A stretch of DNA of 64,000 bases from positions 128,001-192,000 of the forward strand of contig CAVZJB010000013.1 of assembly GCA_963775425.1 (NCBI GenBank), written 5' to 3'. Under the pieces are notes generated by a model that worked only from the letters and a program-made list of their open reading frames with translations, was not told the DNA's origin and searched no databases. A program made the position numbers and the translations under genes. Shown here one piece after another: positions 38,365-48,360 of the stretch (positions within the stretch are counted from its first letter, which is position 1; each line of letters opens with the position of its first letter). This stretch comes from an uncultured delta proteobacterium. Its GTDB lineage: Bacteria > Myxococcota > UBA727 > VGSZ01.

Positions 38365-39021
38365 ATGAGACCCGCCCGCGCTCCCTCGCCGACGGAGGCC
38401 GACGGAGGCGCACCGGTGACGGTGCGCTACCTCGCCGTCCGGGCGGGACCCTTCCGGCTCGGCCTCCCCCTCGAGGCTGTGCGCCAGATCCTCGACGCCG
38501 GCGGCGAGCAGGCGCAGGCGCCGTCGGACCCGCGCGCCCTCGGCGTGCTCCCGCTCTCGCTCGCCGAGCTCCTCGGCGCCGAGCCCCTCGAGCGGCGCCC
38601 GGCGCTCCTGCTGTTCGACGGGCACACCGGTCCCGTGCTTTTGTCCACGTGCGTCCTCGGCGCCGTCGTCGACGCGCCGCCGCCGCGCCCGCTGCCGCGC
38701 ACGGTGGCGTGCCGCTGGCCGGGGCTCATCCGCGGCGTCATCGACGACGACGACGCCACCGCCATCGACACGAGCGCGCTCGACACCGGCGCCGTCGACA
38801 CGGGCGCCCGCGACACCGGCGCCGTCGACACCGGCGCCCGCGACACCGGCGCCCGCGACACCGGCGCCGTCGACGCGAGCGCCATCGACGCGGGCGACGT
38901 CGACGGCGGCGCCGCCGTCGCCCGGCCGCGCCGGCGCCGGCTGCGCCTGGTGCTCGACCCGCGCGTGCTCATGGGCCTCGTCGAGGCCGCCGGCGAGGCG
39001 CCGCAGGAGGGCGCGCCGTGA
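38365..39021 (+). CDS. CheW-like protein with internal DTGA(V/R) repeat insertion
   Basis: RLGLPLEAVRQI, LSLAELLG, LRLVLDP; 15-nt tandem repeats at ~38767-38890. Confidence 0.6.
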   Translation: MRPARAPSPTEADGGAPVTVRYLAVRAGPFRLGLPLEAVRQILDAGGEQAQAPSDPRALGVLPLSLAELLGAEPLERRPALLLFDGHTGPVLLSTCVLGAVVDAPPPRPLPRTVACRWPGLIRGVIDDDDATAIDTSALDTGAVDTGARDTGAVDTGARDTGARDTGAVDASAIDAGDVDGGAAVARPRRRRLRLVLDPRVLMGLVEAAGEAPQEGAP

Positions 39022-39464
39022 CCCAGGGACAGGTGCTCGTCTTTCGCGCCGGCGGCATGCGCCTCGGCGTCTTCCTCGCGGAGGTGGGCCGCCTGCTCGT
39101 CGAGGACGAGCTCGTCGCCGTGCCGTTCGCGCACCCCGCGATGGTCGGATTGCTCGTGGCGGACGAGGACGGCCCGGTGCCGGTGTTCGACCTCGGCGGC
39201 CTCATCGGCGAGAGCGCGCCCGCTTCGGCGCAGCGACGCACCGTCGCGCTCTTCCCGACGGCCAAGGGCCCGGTGGGCCTCCGCCTCGACGAGCTGCTCG
39301 GCACCGCTGCCTCGTACGAGGCCCTCGACGACGACGCCACCGGCGCGCTGCACGACGGCGTCGCCGCCGCGCTGTTGAGCACCGTCACCGGCGCCGCGCG
39401 CTCCACCGACGGCGCCTTCAGCTTCTTTTCGCCCGACGCGTTCCTGGCCGGCCTCGCCCTTTAG
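39018..39464 (+). CDS. CheW-like protein
   Basis: VLVFRAGG, VPFAHPAMVGLL, VPVFDLGGL, VGLRLDELLG. Confidence 0.75.
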   Translation: MTQGQVLVFRAGGMRLGVFLAEVGRLLVEDELVAVPFAHPAMVGLLVADEDGPVPVFDLGGLIGESAPASAQRRTVALFPTAKGPVGLRLDELLGTAASYEALDDDATGALHDGVAAALLSTVTGAARSTDGAFSFFSPDAFLAGLAL

Positions 39465-39474
39465 CCGGGAGCGC

Positions 39475-40686
39475 TCACTCCCTGGGGAGCGTGGCGTTTT
39501 CGTAGCCGACCATCGTCGCCGGGATGATGGTGGCGGCCGCCAGGCCGAGGCCCGCGCCGACCACCGCGCCGACGTCGCCGGTGGCGATGAAGCCCAGCGC
39601 CGCGCGGTTGCTGGGCGCGTCCTGGTTGAGCTGCCGGATGAGGTCGACGCCGGCGAACAGGATGCTCGCAGTGTAGATGGCGCCCGCGCCGAGGACGGCG
39701 CCGGTGGGAGCCCAGGGCTCGCTGCCGTCGAGGAGGAACTGCGTGGACACGCCGGTGCCCACGGCCGCGGCGATCGGCGGAACGAACGCCAACGCCGCCA
39801 CCGCCGAGCGCTCGCCGAAGCTGGCGGGCGGCCCTTTGGTGCCGTCGACCTTCTCGATGAACACGCCGTAGCCGCCGGACACCGCGAGCCCCGCGAGGAA
39901 GAAGGCGCTCGTGATGGCCGGGACGCCGATGAGCGCGTAGACGAAGCGCACGGGCCGCGAGAAGCGCTCGCTCGCCTTCATGTCGAGCGCGACCTCGGAG
40001 CCCGGCGCGATCTCGAGCCGCCGAGGCTCGCTGCGCGTGCCTTCGTGGGCGAGCTCCCCGACGTCGTCGGAGGCGGTGATGTACCAACGGATGTGCAGGC
40101 CGGTGGTGGACCGCGTGAACGTCCCCGGGATGGTGGTCCTCCACGTCCCGTCCGCGCCGCGGGCGAGGGGGATGCCGTAGGGCTCGCGCTCGCCCTCCTT
40201 GATGAAGTCGAGGCGCATGCTCTTCACGGCCTTGTTCGGGTCGGTGACGTCGACGGCGAAGTCGGCGCGCTCGCCGCCGGAGACGTTGAGCGGGTCATGC
40301 ACGAGGAGCCGAACGCTCTGTTGCAAGGCCTCGCGCTCCTTGCGCTTGCCGTCTTCGATGGCCTTCCTGCGCTCGGCGCGCGCGGCGTCGACGAGGTATT
40401 CGACCTTGGGCTCGATGGGGATGGGGCTTCGAGCGTCGACGTCGAGGAGGAAGATGTCCGCCAGCACCTTCTGCGCCTCGACGACGTGGTTGGTGAGGAC
40501 GAGGCAGTAGCCCTCGATGAACATGGCGTCGATCTTTTCGGCCTGCGTGGCCGTCTGGTCCGCGGCCACGCCCTGCGCGACGGTGAGGGCCTCGGCGTAC
40601 GAGAGCTCGTCGACGAGCGCCTTGGCCCTGGCGATGTCGTCGGCGGGCGCGCCCCCGAGGAGGCCCGCGAGGACGAGCGCGATCAC
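39475..40686 (-). CDS. Exported TPR plus Ig-like domain membrane protein
   Basis: Signal peptide, helical N-domain, WYITASD beta domain resembling 9599-10330, C-terminal TM helices; coupled to kinase stop. Confidence 0.65.
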   Translation of the reverse strand: MIALVLAGLLGGAPADDIARAKALVDELSYAEALTVAQGVAADQTATQAEKIDAMFIEGYCLVLTNHVVEAQKVLADIFLLDVDARSPIPIEPKVEYLVDAARAERRKAIEDGKRKEREALQQSVRLLVHDPLNVSGGERADFAVDVTDPNKAVKSMRLDFIKEGEREPYGIPLARGADGTWRTTIPGTFTRSTTGLHIRWYITASDDVGELAHEGTRSEPRRLEIAPGSEVALDMKASERFSRPVRFVYALIGVPAITSAFFLAGLAVSGGYGVFIEKVDGTKGPPASFGERSAVAALAFVPPIAAAVGTGVSTQFLLDGSEPWAPTGAVLGAGAIYTASILFAGVDLIRQLNQDAPSNRAALGFIATGDVGAVVGAGLGLAAATIIPATMVGYENATLPRE

Positions 40687-42356
40687 TTCCCGGCCCGCTT
40701 GGCGACGCGACAGCGAATCGTGGTGGTGGTCGGACCGACGATGAACTCCTCGGAGTGCTGCCGGCCGTGCGCGTCGACGAACACGACGACGTGCTTGCCG
40801 AAGCTGAGCTCCCGGTTGAGCACCGGCAGGTCGCCGATGTCGTTGCCGTCGAGGGTCGCCGACTGCGACGCCTCCGGGCAGCCGATGTTCAGGTGCACGG
40901 ACCCGACCTCGCTCGCCGCGTCCCCCTTCCGCGCCGCGCGCCGCGCGTCGCGCGCCTCACGCCAGTCGGCCCGCGCGCGGTGCCGGGCCGTCTCCGGCGG
41001 CGCTTGCGGCGCGGTCTGCGGCGGCGGCGCGGGCGGCGCGGGCGGCGCGGGCGCCGGCGGCGCCGCGGGCGGCGCGGGGACGATCGCCACGGCCGAGGCG
41101 ACCGGCGGGCGCGCGCCGCCGGTGTCGGTCGCGGTGCGCGCGCGCGCCGCCGCCGCCTGCACCATCGTGTAGACGCCGACGCCGGCGCAGACGATGAACA
41201 CGAGGGCGACGACGCTGGCGACCGCGATGCGCCTGGGCGTCACCGCGCGCTTCACCTGGGACATCAGCTCGGGCAGGAGCTGCGAGTAGTCCGGCTGCGG
41301 CGTGAGCCCCTGCATCGCCGTCGACGGCGTCTGCGCCGTGAGCGGCATCGGCGTCTTGAACGGCACCACGCCCGTGGACGGCTTGTTCAGGTCCGTCGCC
41401 GTCATCGTCGCCTGGTGCGGCTCGAGCGACGACGGCGGCGGCGTGGGGTTTTGCAGCGCGCGCTGCGACTCCTCCGCGAGGTTCTTCAACGCGTCGAGCA
41501 GGCTGACGGCGTTTTGCGGGCGCTCGTCGGGGTTTTTGGCGAGCAGCCTGAGCACCAGCCGCTCGACGGGCCCGGGCACGGGCGAGTACGGCACGAAGGA
41601 CGTCGGCGTGGGCGCGGGCTCGTGGGCGTGGCGCATGGCCAGGGCGAACGCCGTCTTGGCGGTGAACGGCTTTTGCGCCGTCAGCATCTCGAACCAGGTG
41701 ACGCCGAGCCCGTAGAAGTCGGAGCGGGGATCGTCGGTGCGGCCCTCGAGCACCACCTCGGGCGCCACGTAGCCCGGCGTGCCGACGATGAGGCCCGTGC
41801 CCGTCATGTTGCTCGTGCCCGACTGCCCCTCGACGTGCGCCTGCTTGGCCACGCCGAAGTCCAGGAGCTTGGCGCGCTCCCCGTCGGCGCCGCGCACGAG
41901 CATGACGTTTTCGGGCTTGAGGTCCCGGTGGATGACGCCCTTGTCGTGCGCCGCCTGCAGGGCGCGCACCACCTGCTCGATGATCACCAGCGTGTCCTGC
42001 CAGCTCATCCGCCCGCGCGCGTCGAGCCGCTCGCGCAGCGTCTCGCCCTCGAGCAGCTCCATGGCGATCCACAGCAGGCCGCCGTCCTCGCCTGCGGCGA
42101 GCGAGGTGACGATGTTTTCGTGCTTGAGCTCGGTGACCAGCCGGGCCTCGCGCTTGAAGCGCGCCAGCGCCTGTGGGTCCTCCAGCAGGGCCTGGCGGAC
42201 GACCTTGACCGCCACCGCGCCGCCGCCTTCCTCGTCGCGCCCGGCGTAGACCTGGCCCATGCCGCCGCGCTTCAGCGGGCGCTCGACGCGGTACCGGCCC
42301 CCCAGAAGCCTGCCGGTGAGGTCGTCGGGCGAGGGTGTCTGCACGCGCTCGACCAT
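40683..42356 (-). CDS. Transmembrane Hanks-type Ser/Thr kinase with PEGA-like C-terminus
   Basis: RGGMGQVY, VAVKVV, HRDLKPEN, DFGVAK, GTPGYVAPE; TM helix; LDGNDIGDLP..LSFGKHVV. Confidence 0.92.
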   Translation of the reverse strand: MVERVQTPSPDDLTGRLLGGRYRVERPLKRGGMGQVYAGRDEEGGGAVAVKVVRQALLEDPQALARFKREARLVTELKHENIVTSLAAGEDGGLLWIAMELLEGETLRERLDARGRMSWQDTLVIIEQVVRALQAAHDKGVIHRDLKPENVMLVRGADGERAKLLDFGVAKQAHVEGQSGTSNMTGTGLIVGTPGYVAPEVVLEGRTDDPRSDFYGLGVTWFEMLTAQKPFTAKTAFALAMRHAHEPAPTPTSFVPYSPVPGPVERLVLRLLAKNPDERPQNAVSLLDALKNLAEESQRALQNPTPPPSSLEPHQATMTATDLNKPSTGVVPFKTPMPLTAQTPSTAMQGLTPQPDYSQLLPELMSQVKRAVTPRRIAVASVVALVFIVCAGVGVYTMVQAAAARARTATDTGGARPPVASAVAIVPAPPAAPPAPAPPAPPAPPPQTAPQAPPETARHRARADWREARDARRAARKGDAASEVGSVHLNIGCPEASQSATLDGNDIGDLPVLNRELSFGKHVVVFVDAHGRQHSEEFIVGPTTTTIRCRVAKRAGK

Positions 42357-42457
42357 AACACCCGTCGCGACCACGGGCTCGCGGGGGCGTGACCGGCGCT
42401 GCCTCACGGCGGCGCGCTTTCTTGACCGGGCGTCGGCGCGCAGAGTATCCCGTCGTC

Positions 42458-42904
42458 ATGCGGCGTGTGCTCGTCCTCCTCGCGTTCACCGCGGTCGTCG
42501 TGGGAACGACGAGCGGTTGTGGGCCGATCATCTCCTCGTACCTGATCGTCAACGCGCAGGCCGACCTCGACGGGGCCAAGGCCGCCGAGGCGCCGAAGTA
42601 CGCGGTCTACGAGTACACGGCCGCCGATCAGTACCTGCACAAGGCGCGCGAGGAGCAGGGCTACGCCGACTTCGGCCCCGCCATCGACTACGCCTACAAG
42701 GCCGAGGACCTGGCCGCCAAGGCGACCACGCGTGCACAGGAAGAGAAGAAGCGGCAGATGCAGCAGCCGGACGTGGCCCCCGAGTGGCAGGCGCCCGCCG
42801 AGGAGGGCAAGCAGCCCTCGGTGATCATCAAGAAGAAGGAAGAGCCCGCCATCAAGGTCAAGGTCGTCCCGATCCCGACCGAAGAAGGGCCCAAGCCGCA
42901 ATGA
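42458..42904 (+). CDS. DUF4398 lipoprotein
   Basis: Lipobox TSGC; APKYAVYEYTAADQYLHKAREEQGYADF. Confidence 0.8.
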   Translation: MRRVLVLLAFTAVVVGTTSGCGPIISSYLIVNAQADLDGAKAAEAPKYAVYEYTAADQYLHKAREEQGYADFGPAIDYAYKAEDLAAKATTRAQEEKKRQMQQPDVAPEWQAPAEEGKQPSVIIKKKEEPAIKVKVVPIPTEEGPKPQ

Positions 42905-44421
42905 CCCCCCGCTCCCCTCGTGGCCGCTTCTCTCGTGGCCGCCATCCCGGCTGGGCGCTGGCCGCCGTCCTGGCTTCGTTCGCGCTGCAGTTGTCGTGCG
43001 CCGGGCCGGGCATCGAGCGCCAGGCCGACGTCGTCAGGAACGACATCGACAAGGCCCGCAAGTCCGGCGCCTACCAGTGCGCGCCGCGCGAGCTGGCCAT
43101 GGCGGAGACCAGCGTCGACTTCGCCGAAAACGAGCTCGCCGAGGGCGACTTCCTGCGCGCCCGCGAGCACATCGACGTCGCGGTGGAAAACGCCAACCTC
43201 GCGCTCGCCAACTCCAAGGACTGCGCGCCCAAGCGCGTCCTCATCAAGACCAAGACGGACAAGGACGGCGACGGCATCCTCGACGACGTCGACGCCTGCC
43301 CCGAGCAGCCCGAGGACAAGGACCTGTTCGAGGACGAGGACGGCTGCCCCGATCCCGACAACGACAAGGACGGCATCCTCGACCCGCTCGACAAGTGCCC
43401 GAACACGCCCGGACCCAAGGAGAACGACGGCTGTCCCTACGGCGACCGCGACGGCGACGGCATCCCGGACAACACCGACGCCTGCCCCGACGCGCCCGAG
43501 GACAAGGACGGCGACCGCGACGACGACGGCCGCCCCGACGTGGACGTCGACGGCGACGGCGTCGAGGACTGCGTGGCCGGCTGCCCGCTTTTGCCCACCA
43601 AGGACGCCGCCGGCAACGAGGTGCCGCCGCCCAAGTGCGACATGTGCACCACCGGGACGCCCGAGACCACCAAGGAAGACAAGGACGGCTTCGAGGACGA
43701 CGACGGCTGCCCCGACATCGACAACGACAAGGACGGCATCCTCGACACCGCCGACGCCTGCCCGAACGATCCCGGACCGCCGGAGACCAAGGGCTGCCCC
43801 GACCGCGACGGCGACAAGATCGCCGACAAGGACGACAAGTGTCCGGACCAGCCGGGCGTCGAGCGCAAGGACAAGCCCGAGCTCAACGGCTGCCCGCGCG
43901 GCGACAAGGACGGCGACCGCTTCTTCGACGACGAGGACGCGTGCCCCGACCAGCCGGGCGTGAGCTGGGAGCAGAACCCCGAGTGGAAGAAGAAGCACCC
44001 GAAGGGGGGCAACGGCTGCCCGCCGCCGCTCACCCTCGTCGTCATCAAGCAGTGCAAGATCGAGATCAAGCAGCAGCCGCGCTTCGATACGGCCAAGGCC
44101 AACATCAGGCCGCAGAGCGCGGAGCTGTTGCGCCAGGTGGCCACCGCCATCCGCACCATGCAGGACATCAAGAAGATCGTCATCGAGGGCCACACCGACG
44201 ACGTGGGCAATGACGACTACAACATGAACCTCTCGCAGGACCGCGCGAACTCCGTGCGCCTGTGGCTCATCGACAAGGAGCACCTCGATCCGGCCAAGCT
44301 CGAGAGCGCGGGCTACGGCGAGTCGAGGCCCATCGCCTCCAACCGCACCGCCCAGGGCCGCGCGCAGAACCGCCGCGTCGAGTTCCGGGTGGTGCGCGAA
44401 GGCTGCGAAGACAAACCCTAG
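42901..44421 (+). CDS. OmpA-family lipoprotein with DUF4398 domain and thrombospondin type-3 Ca-binding repeats
   Basis: LSC lipobox; CAPRELAMAE; DxDxDG..DxCP repeats; IEGHTDD, LSQDRA, GYGESRP, NRRVEF. Confidence 0.9.
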   Translation: MTPRSPRGRFSRGRHPGWALAAVLASFALQLSCAGPGIERQADVVRNDIDKARKSGAYQCAPRELAMAETSVDFAENELAEGDFLRAREHIDVAVENANLALANSKDCAPKRVLIKTKTDKDGDGILDDVDACPEQPEDKDLFEDEDGCPDPDNDKDGILDPLDKCPNTPGPKENDGCPYGDRDGDGIPDNTDACPDAPEDKDGDRDDDGRPDVDVDGDGVEDCVAGCPLLPTKDAAGNEVPPPKCDMCTTGTPETTKEDKDGFEDDDGCPDIDNDKDGILDTADACPNDPGPPETKGCPDRDGDKIADKDDKCPDQPGVERKDKPELNGCPRGDKDGDRFFDDEDACPDQPGVSWEQNPEWKKKHPKGGNGCPPPLTLVVIKQCKIEIKQQPRFDTAKANIRPQSAELLRQVATAIRTMQDIKKIVIEGHTDDVGNDDYNMNLSQDRANSVRLWLIDKEHLDPAKLESAGYGESRPIASNRTAQGRAQNRRVEFRVVREGCEDKP

Positions 44422-44425
44422 CGGG

Positions 44426-45910
44426 TCAGGGCACGAGCTCGCACACGAACGGGTGCGGATCGAAGCTCGGGCTGCAGTCGACGTCCTTCCACACGAGCCC
44501 CGTGTCCACGCGCACGCAGTCCTCGCCCACGAGGTTGGTCGGCTGGCCCGGGCCGAAGCCGTCGATCTCGAGGGGCGCGCCGTCGATCCAGTGGAAGTCC
44601 GTGTTGTCGAGCGGGTCGACGAGGCCGATCCAGTAGTCGAGCGCGCCGAGCGCGAGCATGTTGGACGCGACCATCTGCTCCTCGGCGAGCCCGGTGCCCT
44701 CGAAGATGGCGAGCGTGCCCGCGGGCGTGGCCGCCTGGCACTGCGCCTCGGCGCCGGGCTCGTCGGTGGCGATGCCGGTGCAAAACGCGTAGCGCTCGCC
44801 GCCGAAGTCGACGAAGGGGCACGTGCAGCCCGTCTGGCGCGCGAGGTCGGCGTCGTCGCAGTCCACCGTCGCCGAGCACGCCGGCAACAGCTCCGCGGGC
44901 GGCCCGGCCGGAGGCGGGGCCGCGCAGGCGAGCGTCGGCAGCAGCAGGGTGGCGAGGTCGCCGTCGGCGTCGGCGAAGCCGCCGAAGAGCGCGGCGACGG
45001 CGGCGTCGGCATCGTCGCAGTCGAGGCCGGCGGCGCAGCCTTCGCCGCGGCCGTCGCCGTCGACGTCGACGCACGGGCCCTGCGCGGGCGGCTGCGGCGC
45101 GAGCTCGCAGACGTAGGGGCGATCGGACTTGCACTCGAGGTCGTTGAACAGCCCGTCGGGCCGAAGCTCGCCGCAGTCCTCGTCGCCGTCGAGGTTGTTG
45201 GGCTCGTCGCCGGCGAAGCCCGCGTACGTCAGGGGCGTGCCGTCGTCCCACTCAAAGTCGCCGGCGCCGCCGGGCTGCGTCAGGCCCATCCACACGCCGA
45301 TGGACGCGGCGAACGCCGCGGCGACGTCGTGCGCCTCCTGCTCCTGCTCGAAGCGGGCGAGGTGGTAGCCGCGGGCGGCGCAGCGCTCCTGCGCCTGGGC
45401 GAACGTGGCGACGTCGGGGCACAGCTCGTACAGCACGCCGCCCACCTCCTGGCGCTCGCACGCGCACACGGCGCCGTTGTCGACGACGCCGTCGCAGTCG
45501 TTGTCGACGCCGTCGCACTCCTCGACGTGATCCTCCGCGCGCCGCGGGTCGGCGTCGTCGCAGTCGGCGACGAGGCAGCCGTCGCCCGCGCCGTCGCCGT
45601 CCGCGTCGACGCACGCGGTGCCGGCGTCGTCACCGGTCGTGCCGGCGTCTTCGCCGTCGAGCGCGCCACCGTCGACGATGCCCGCGTCCCCGGCGGCGCC
45701 GGCGTCCCCGGCCGCGCCGGCGTCGTCGGGGCCGTGGGCGCCGGCGTCGTCGGGGCCGAGCGCGGCGTCGGGGCCGACGCAGACGCGCTCGAGGCAGACC
45801 TCACCCACGCGGCAGTCCGCGTTGGCGTCGCACGCGAGCAGGAACGTGTCGCAGCCCTGGCACGACGCGGCGAGGCCCAGGAGGGTGGCGAGGACGGCGA
45901 CGAGGCGCAC
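44426..45910 (-). CDS. Cys-rich exported protein with metal-binding repeats and two C-type lectin domains
   Basis: DADGDG..DCDD..ECDGVDNDCDG; VWMGL..EPNN..EDC..FNDLEC..YVCE; YWIGL..QPTN..EDC..WKDVDC..FVCE. Confidence 0.85.
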   Translation of the reverse strand: MRLVAVLATLLGLAASCQGCDTFLLACDANADCRVGEVCLERVCVGPDAALGPDDAGAHGPDDAGAAGDAGAAGDAGIVDGGALDGEDAGTTGDDAGTACVDADGDGAGDGCLVADCDDADPRRAEDHVEECDGVDNDCDGVVDNGAVCACERQEVGGVLYELCPDVATFAQAQERCAARGYHLARFEQEQEAHDVAAAFAASIGVWMGLTQPGGAGDFEWDDGTPLTYAGFAGDEPNNLDGDEDCGELRPDGLFNDLECKSDRPYVCELAPQPPAQGPCVDVDGDGRGEGCAAGLDCDDADAAVAALFGGFADADGDLATLLLPTLACAAPPPAGPPAELLPACSATVDCDDADLARQTGCTCPFVDFGGERYAFCTGIATDEPGAEAQCQAATPAGTLAIFEGTGLAEEQMVASNMLALGALDYWIGLVDPLDNTDFHWIDGAPLEIDGFGPGQPTNLVGEDCVRVDTGLVWKDVDCSPSFDPHPFVCELVP

Positions 45911-46093
45911 GCCGGAAATGTACAGCCGCGCGCGCCCCGAAGGCTTCGGTCAGGCGGCGTCGCGGACCGCGGTGTGGTGCGCGTCACCGCCGGGCCGCTC
46001 GAGCGCGGGCGATCACCGCGGGCGACGACGTCGACGCGCGGCGCGACACGTTCGAGGGGGCCGCGCTCCGCTCGGTCGCGGTACGCTCGCGCG

Positions 46094-46927
46094 ATGCGCG
46101 CCCCCGCCGTGCTCGTCTTTGCGTTGGCCTCGACCGCGTGGGCGCAGCAAGCCCCGAACCCCGTGCCCATGCCCGCGCCGGGCGCGCCGCCGCCCGCGCC
46201 CGCCGCGCCGGTGCCGCGGCCCATCGAGCCGCTCGTCCCCGAGGCGCCGCCCGAGGAGGGCCCGGCGCGGCCCGGCGGCGAAAAGCCCGGCGAAGGCAAG
46301 CCCGACGGCAAAAGGCCCGGCGACCACGAGGCGCCCAAGCCCGACGTCAGCACCGGCGGCTTCGGCGCCGGACCCTGCTGGGGCGCCGCCACCGGCTGCG
46401 CCGCCCTCGGCTGCCTCCCCGGCCTCGGCACCGGCGTCGGCGCGGGCATCTTCCTCACCACCATCAGCGCCGCGCTCGCGCAGGGCGGCGCCGGCGGCGT
46501 GTGCCTCGCCGTCGTCGGCGTCACCGGCGGCGTCGTCGTCGGCGCCCCGAGCGCCGTCGCGCTCGGCCCGTGCGCCTCGGGCGGCGCGCTCGTCGGCGGC
46601 CTCGTCGGCGCCGGCGCCGACGACCGGGACCTCGGCCCCGTCTTCCTCGGCGCCCTGCCCGGCCTCGGCGCCGGCCTGCTCGCGTCGGCGGGGGCGATCT
46701 GGGGCCTCGTCGTGCTGTCGAACACCTCGGGCGACTTCCTCACGCCCGCGCTCATCCTCGGCACCTCCACCGCGCTCGCCCTGGCCGCGGGCCCGGTCAC
46801 CGTTGCCGGCATCACCGTCTCCGACGGCTTCGCCGGCGATCACCCGCGCGCGCCGTCGAAGAGGCCGCACGATGAGCCCGGCGACGACAAGCCCGGCGCC
46901 GTCATCGACACCCTCATGCGGTACTGA
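46094..46927 (+). CDS. Hypothetical Gly-rich membrane protein
   Basis: Signal peptide, Pro-rich linker, Gly-zipper-like helices. Confidence 0.6.
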   Translation: MRAPAVLVFALASTAWAQQAPNPVPMPAPGAPPPAPAAPVPRPIEPLVPEAPPEEGPARPGGEKPGEGKPDGKRPGDHEAPKPDVSTGGFGAGPCWGAATGCAALGCLPGLGTGVGAGIFLTTISAALAQGGAGGVCLAVVGVTGGVVVGAPSAVALGPCASGGALVGGLVGAGADDRDLGPVFLGALPGLGAGLLASAGAIWGLVVLSNTSGDFLTPALILGTSTALALAAGPVTVAGITVSDGFAGDHPRAPSKRPHDEPGDDKPGAVIDTLMRY

Positions 46928-46992
46928 CATGCGCGCCTGACGCGTCACGCGGGTCTCGCGTTTGTCGGGCGACCTGTGCGAGGGTCCGCCCC

Positions 46993-48360
46993 ATGCGATC
47001 CCTCCCCTATGCACTCGTAGCATCGACGTTGTGGGCGGCGGCGGCGTCGGCGGGCCCCATCCAGGTGTCGGTGGACAAGTCCACTCTCAAAAACGGCCTC
47101 ACCGTGCTGCTCAGCGAGGACCACAGCGTCCCGCGCGTCTACATGAGCCTGCGCTTCCGCGTCGGCAGCGGACGCGAGACCCCGGGCCGCACCGGCTTCG
47201 CGCACCTCTTCGAGCACTTGATGTTCGAAGGCAGCGAGCACGTCCCCGAGGGCAAGTTCGACCAGTGGCTCGAGGCCGCCGGCGGCGACAACAACGCCTT
47301 CACCAGCGAGGACGAGACCTACTACTTCGAGGAGGTGCCGTCGAACGCGGTGGACCTGCCGCTGTTCCTCGACAGCGACCGCATGGGCTTCCTCATCGCC
47401 AAGCTCGCCCCCGACTTCGTCGACGGCCAGCGCGACGTCGTCAAAAACGAGATGCGCCAGAGCATCCTGAACCGGCCCTGGGGCATCGGCGAGCTGCTGT
47501 TGCCGCCGGCGCTGTTCCCCAAGGGCCACCCGTACTCGTGGCCCGTCATCGGCTCCATGGACGACCTCACCAAGGCGTCCATCGACGACGTCAAGGCGTT
47601 CTGGACCAAGTGGTACTCGCCGGGCAACGCCATCCTCACCGTGGTGGGCGACTTCGACACCAAGGAGATGAAGAAGAAGGTCGAGCACTGGTACAGCGAC
47701 GTCCCCGCCCGCGGCTCGCCGCCGAAGCCCGCGCCCGCGCCGGCGTCGCTCGCGGGCGAAAAGCGCGTCGTCGCCGAGGACAACTTCGCGCCGCTGCCCA
47801 AGCTCACCATCGCGTGGCCGAGCGTGGCCCTGTACGCCCCCGACGACGCCAGCCTCGACCTCGCCGCCAACGTGCTGTCGCAGGGCGCCGGGTCGCGGCT
47901 GCAAAAGCGCCTCGTGCACGACCTGCAGATCGCGCAGAACGTGAGCGTCTACCAGCACTCCATGGAGCGCACCGGAGAGTTCGTCGTCGAGGTCATCGCG
48001 CAGCCCGACGTCAAGCTCTCGCGCATCCTCGCCGTCGTCGACGAGGAGCTCGCAAAGCTCGAGAAGGACGGCATCAAGGACGACGAGCTCGCGCGGGCCA
48101 AGACCCAGATCGAGACCAGCACCGCCGACGCCCTCGACAGCCTCAACGAGAAGGCCTCGCGCATCTCCACCTACGAAGCGTACTTCGGCCAGCCCGACGG
48201 CTTCGAGCGCGACCTCGCGCGTTACCGCGCGGCCACGCCCGCCTCCATCGTCGACGTCGTCAAGAGGCGGCTCGGCAAGGGGCGCGTGGTGATGAGCATC
48301 GTGCCCAAGGGCCACCTCGACCTCGCCGTCATCAACCCCGTGAAGGAGGGTGCCGAATGA
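46993..48360 (+). CDS. M16B (pitrilysin-family) zinc peptidase, catalytic subunit
   Basis: LKNGL, GFAHLFEHLMF (HxxEH), NAFTS, VKNE, HPYSWPVIG. Confidence 0.95.
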   Translation: MRSLPYALVASTLWAAAASAGPIQVSVDKSTLKNGLTVLLSEDHSVPRVYMSLRFRVGSGRETPGRTGFAHLFEHLMFEGSEHVPEGKFDQWLEAAGGDNNAFTSEDETYYFEEVPSNAVDLPLFLDSDRMGFLIAKLAPDFVDGQRDVVKNEMRQSILNRPWGIGELLLPPALFPKGHPYSWPVIGSMDDLTKASIDDVKAFWTKWYSPGNAILTVVGDFDTKEMKKKVEHWYSDVPARGSPPKPAPAPASLAGEKRVVAEDNFAPLPKLTIAWPSVALYAPDDASLDLAANVLSQGAGSRLQKRLVHDLQIAQNVSVYQHSMERTGEFVVEVIAQPDVKLSRILAVVDEELAKLEKDGIKDDELARAKTQIETSTADALDSLNEKASRISTYEAYFGQPDGFERDLARYRAATPASIVDVVKRRLGKGRVVMSIVPKGHLDLAVINPVKEGAE

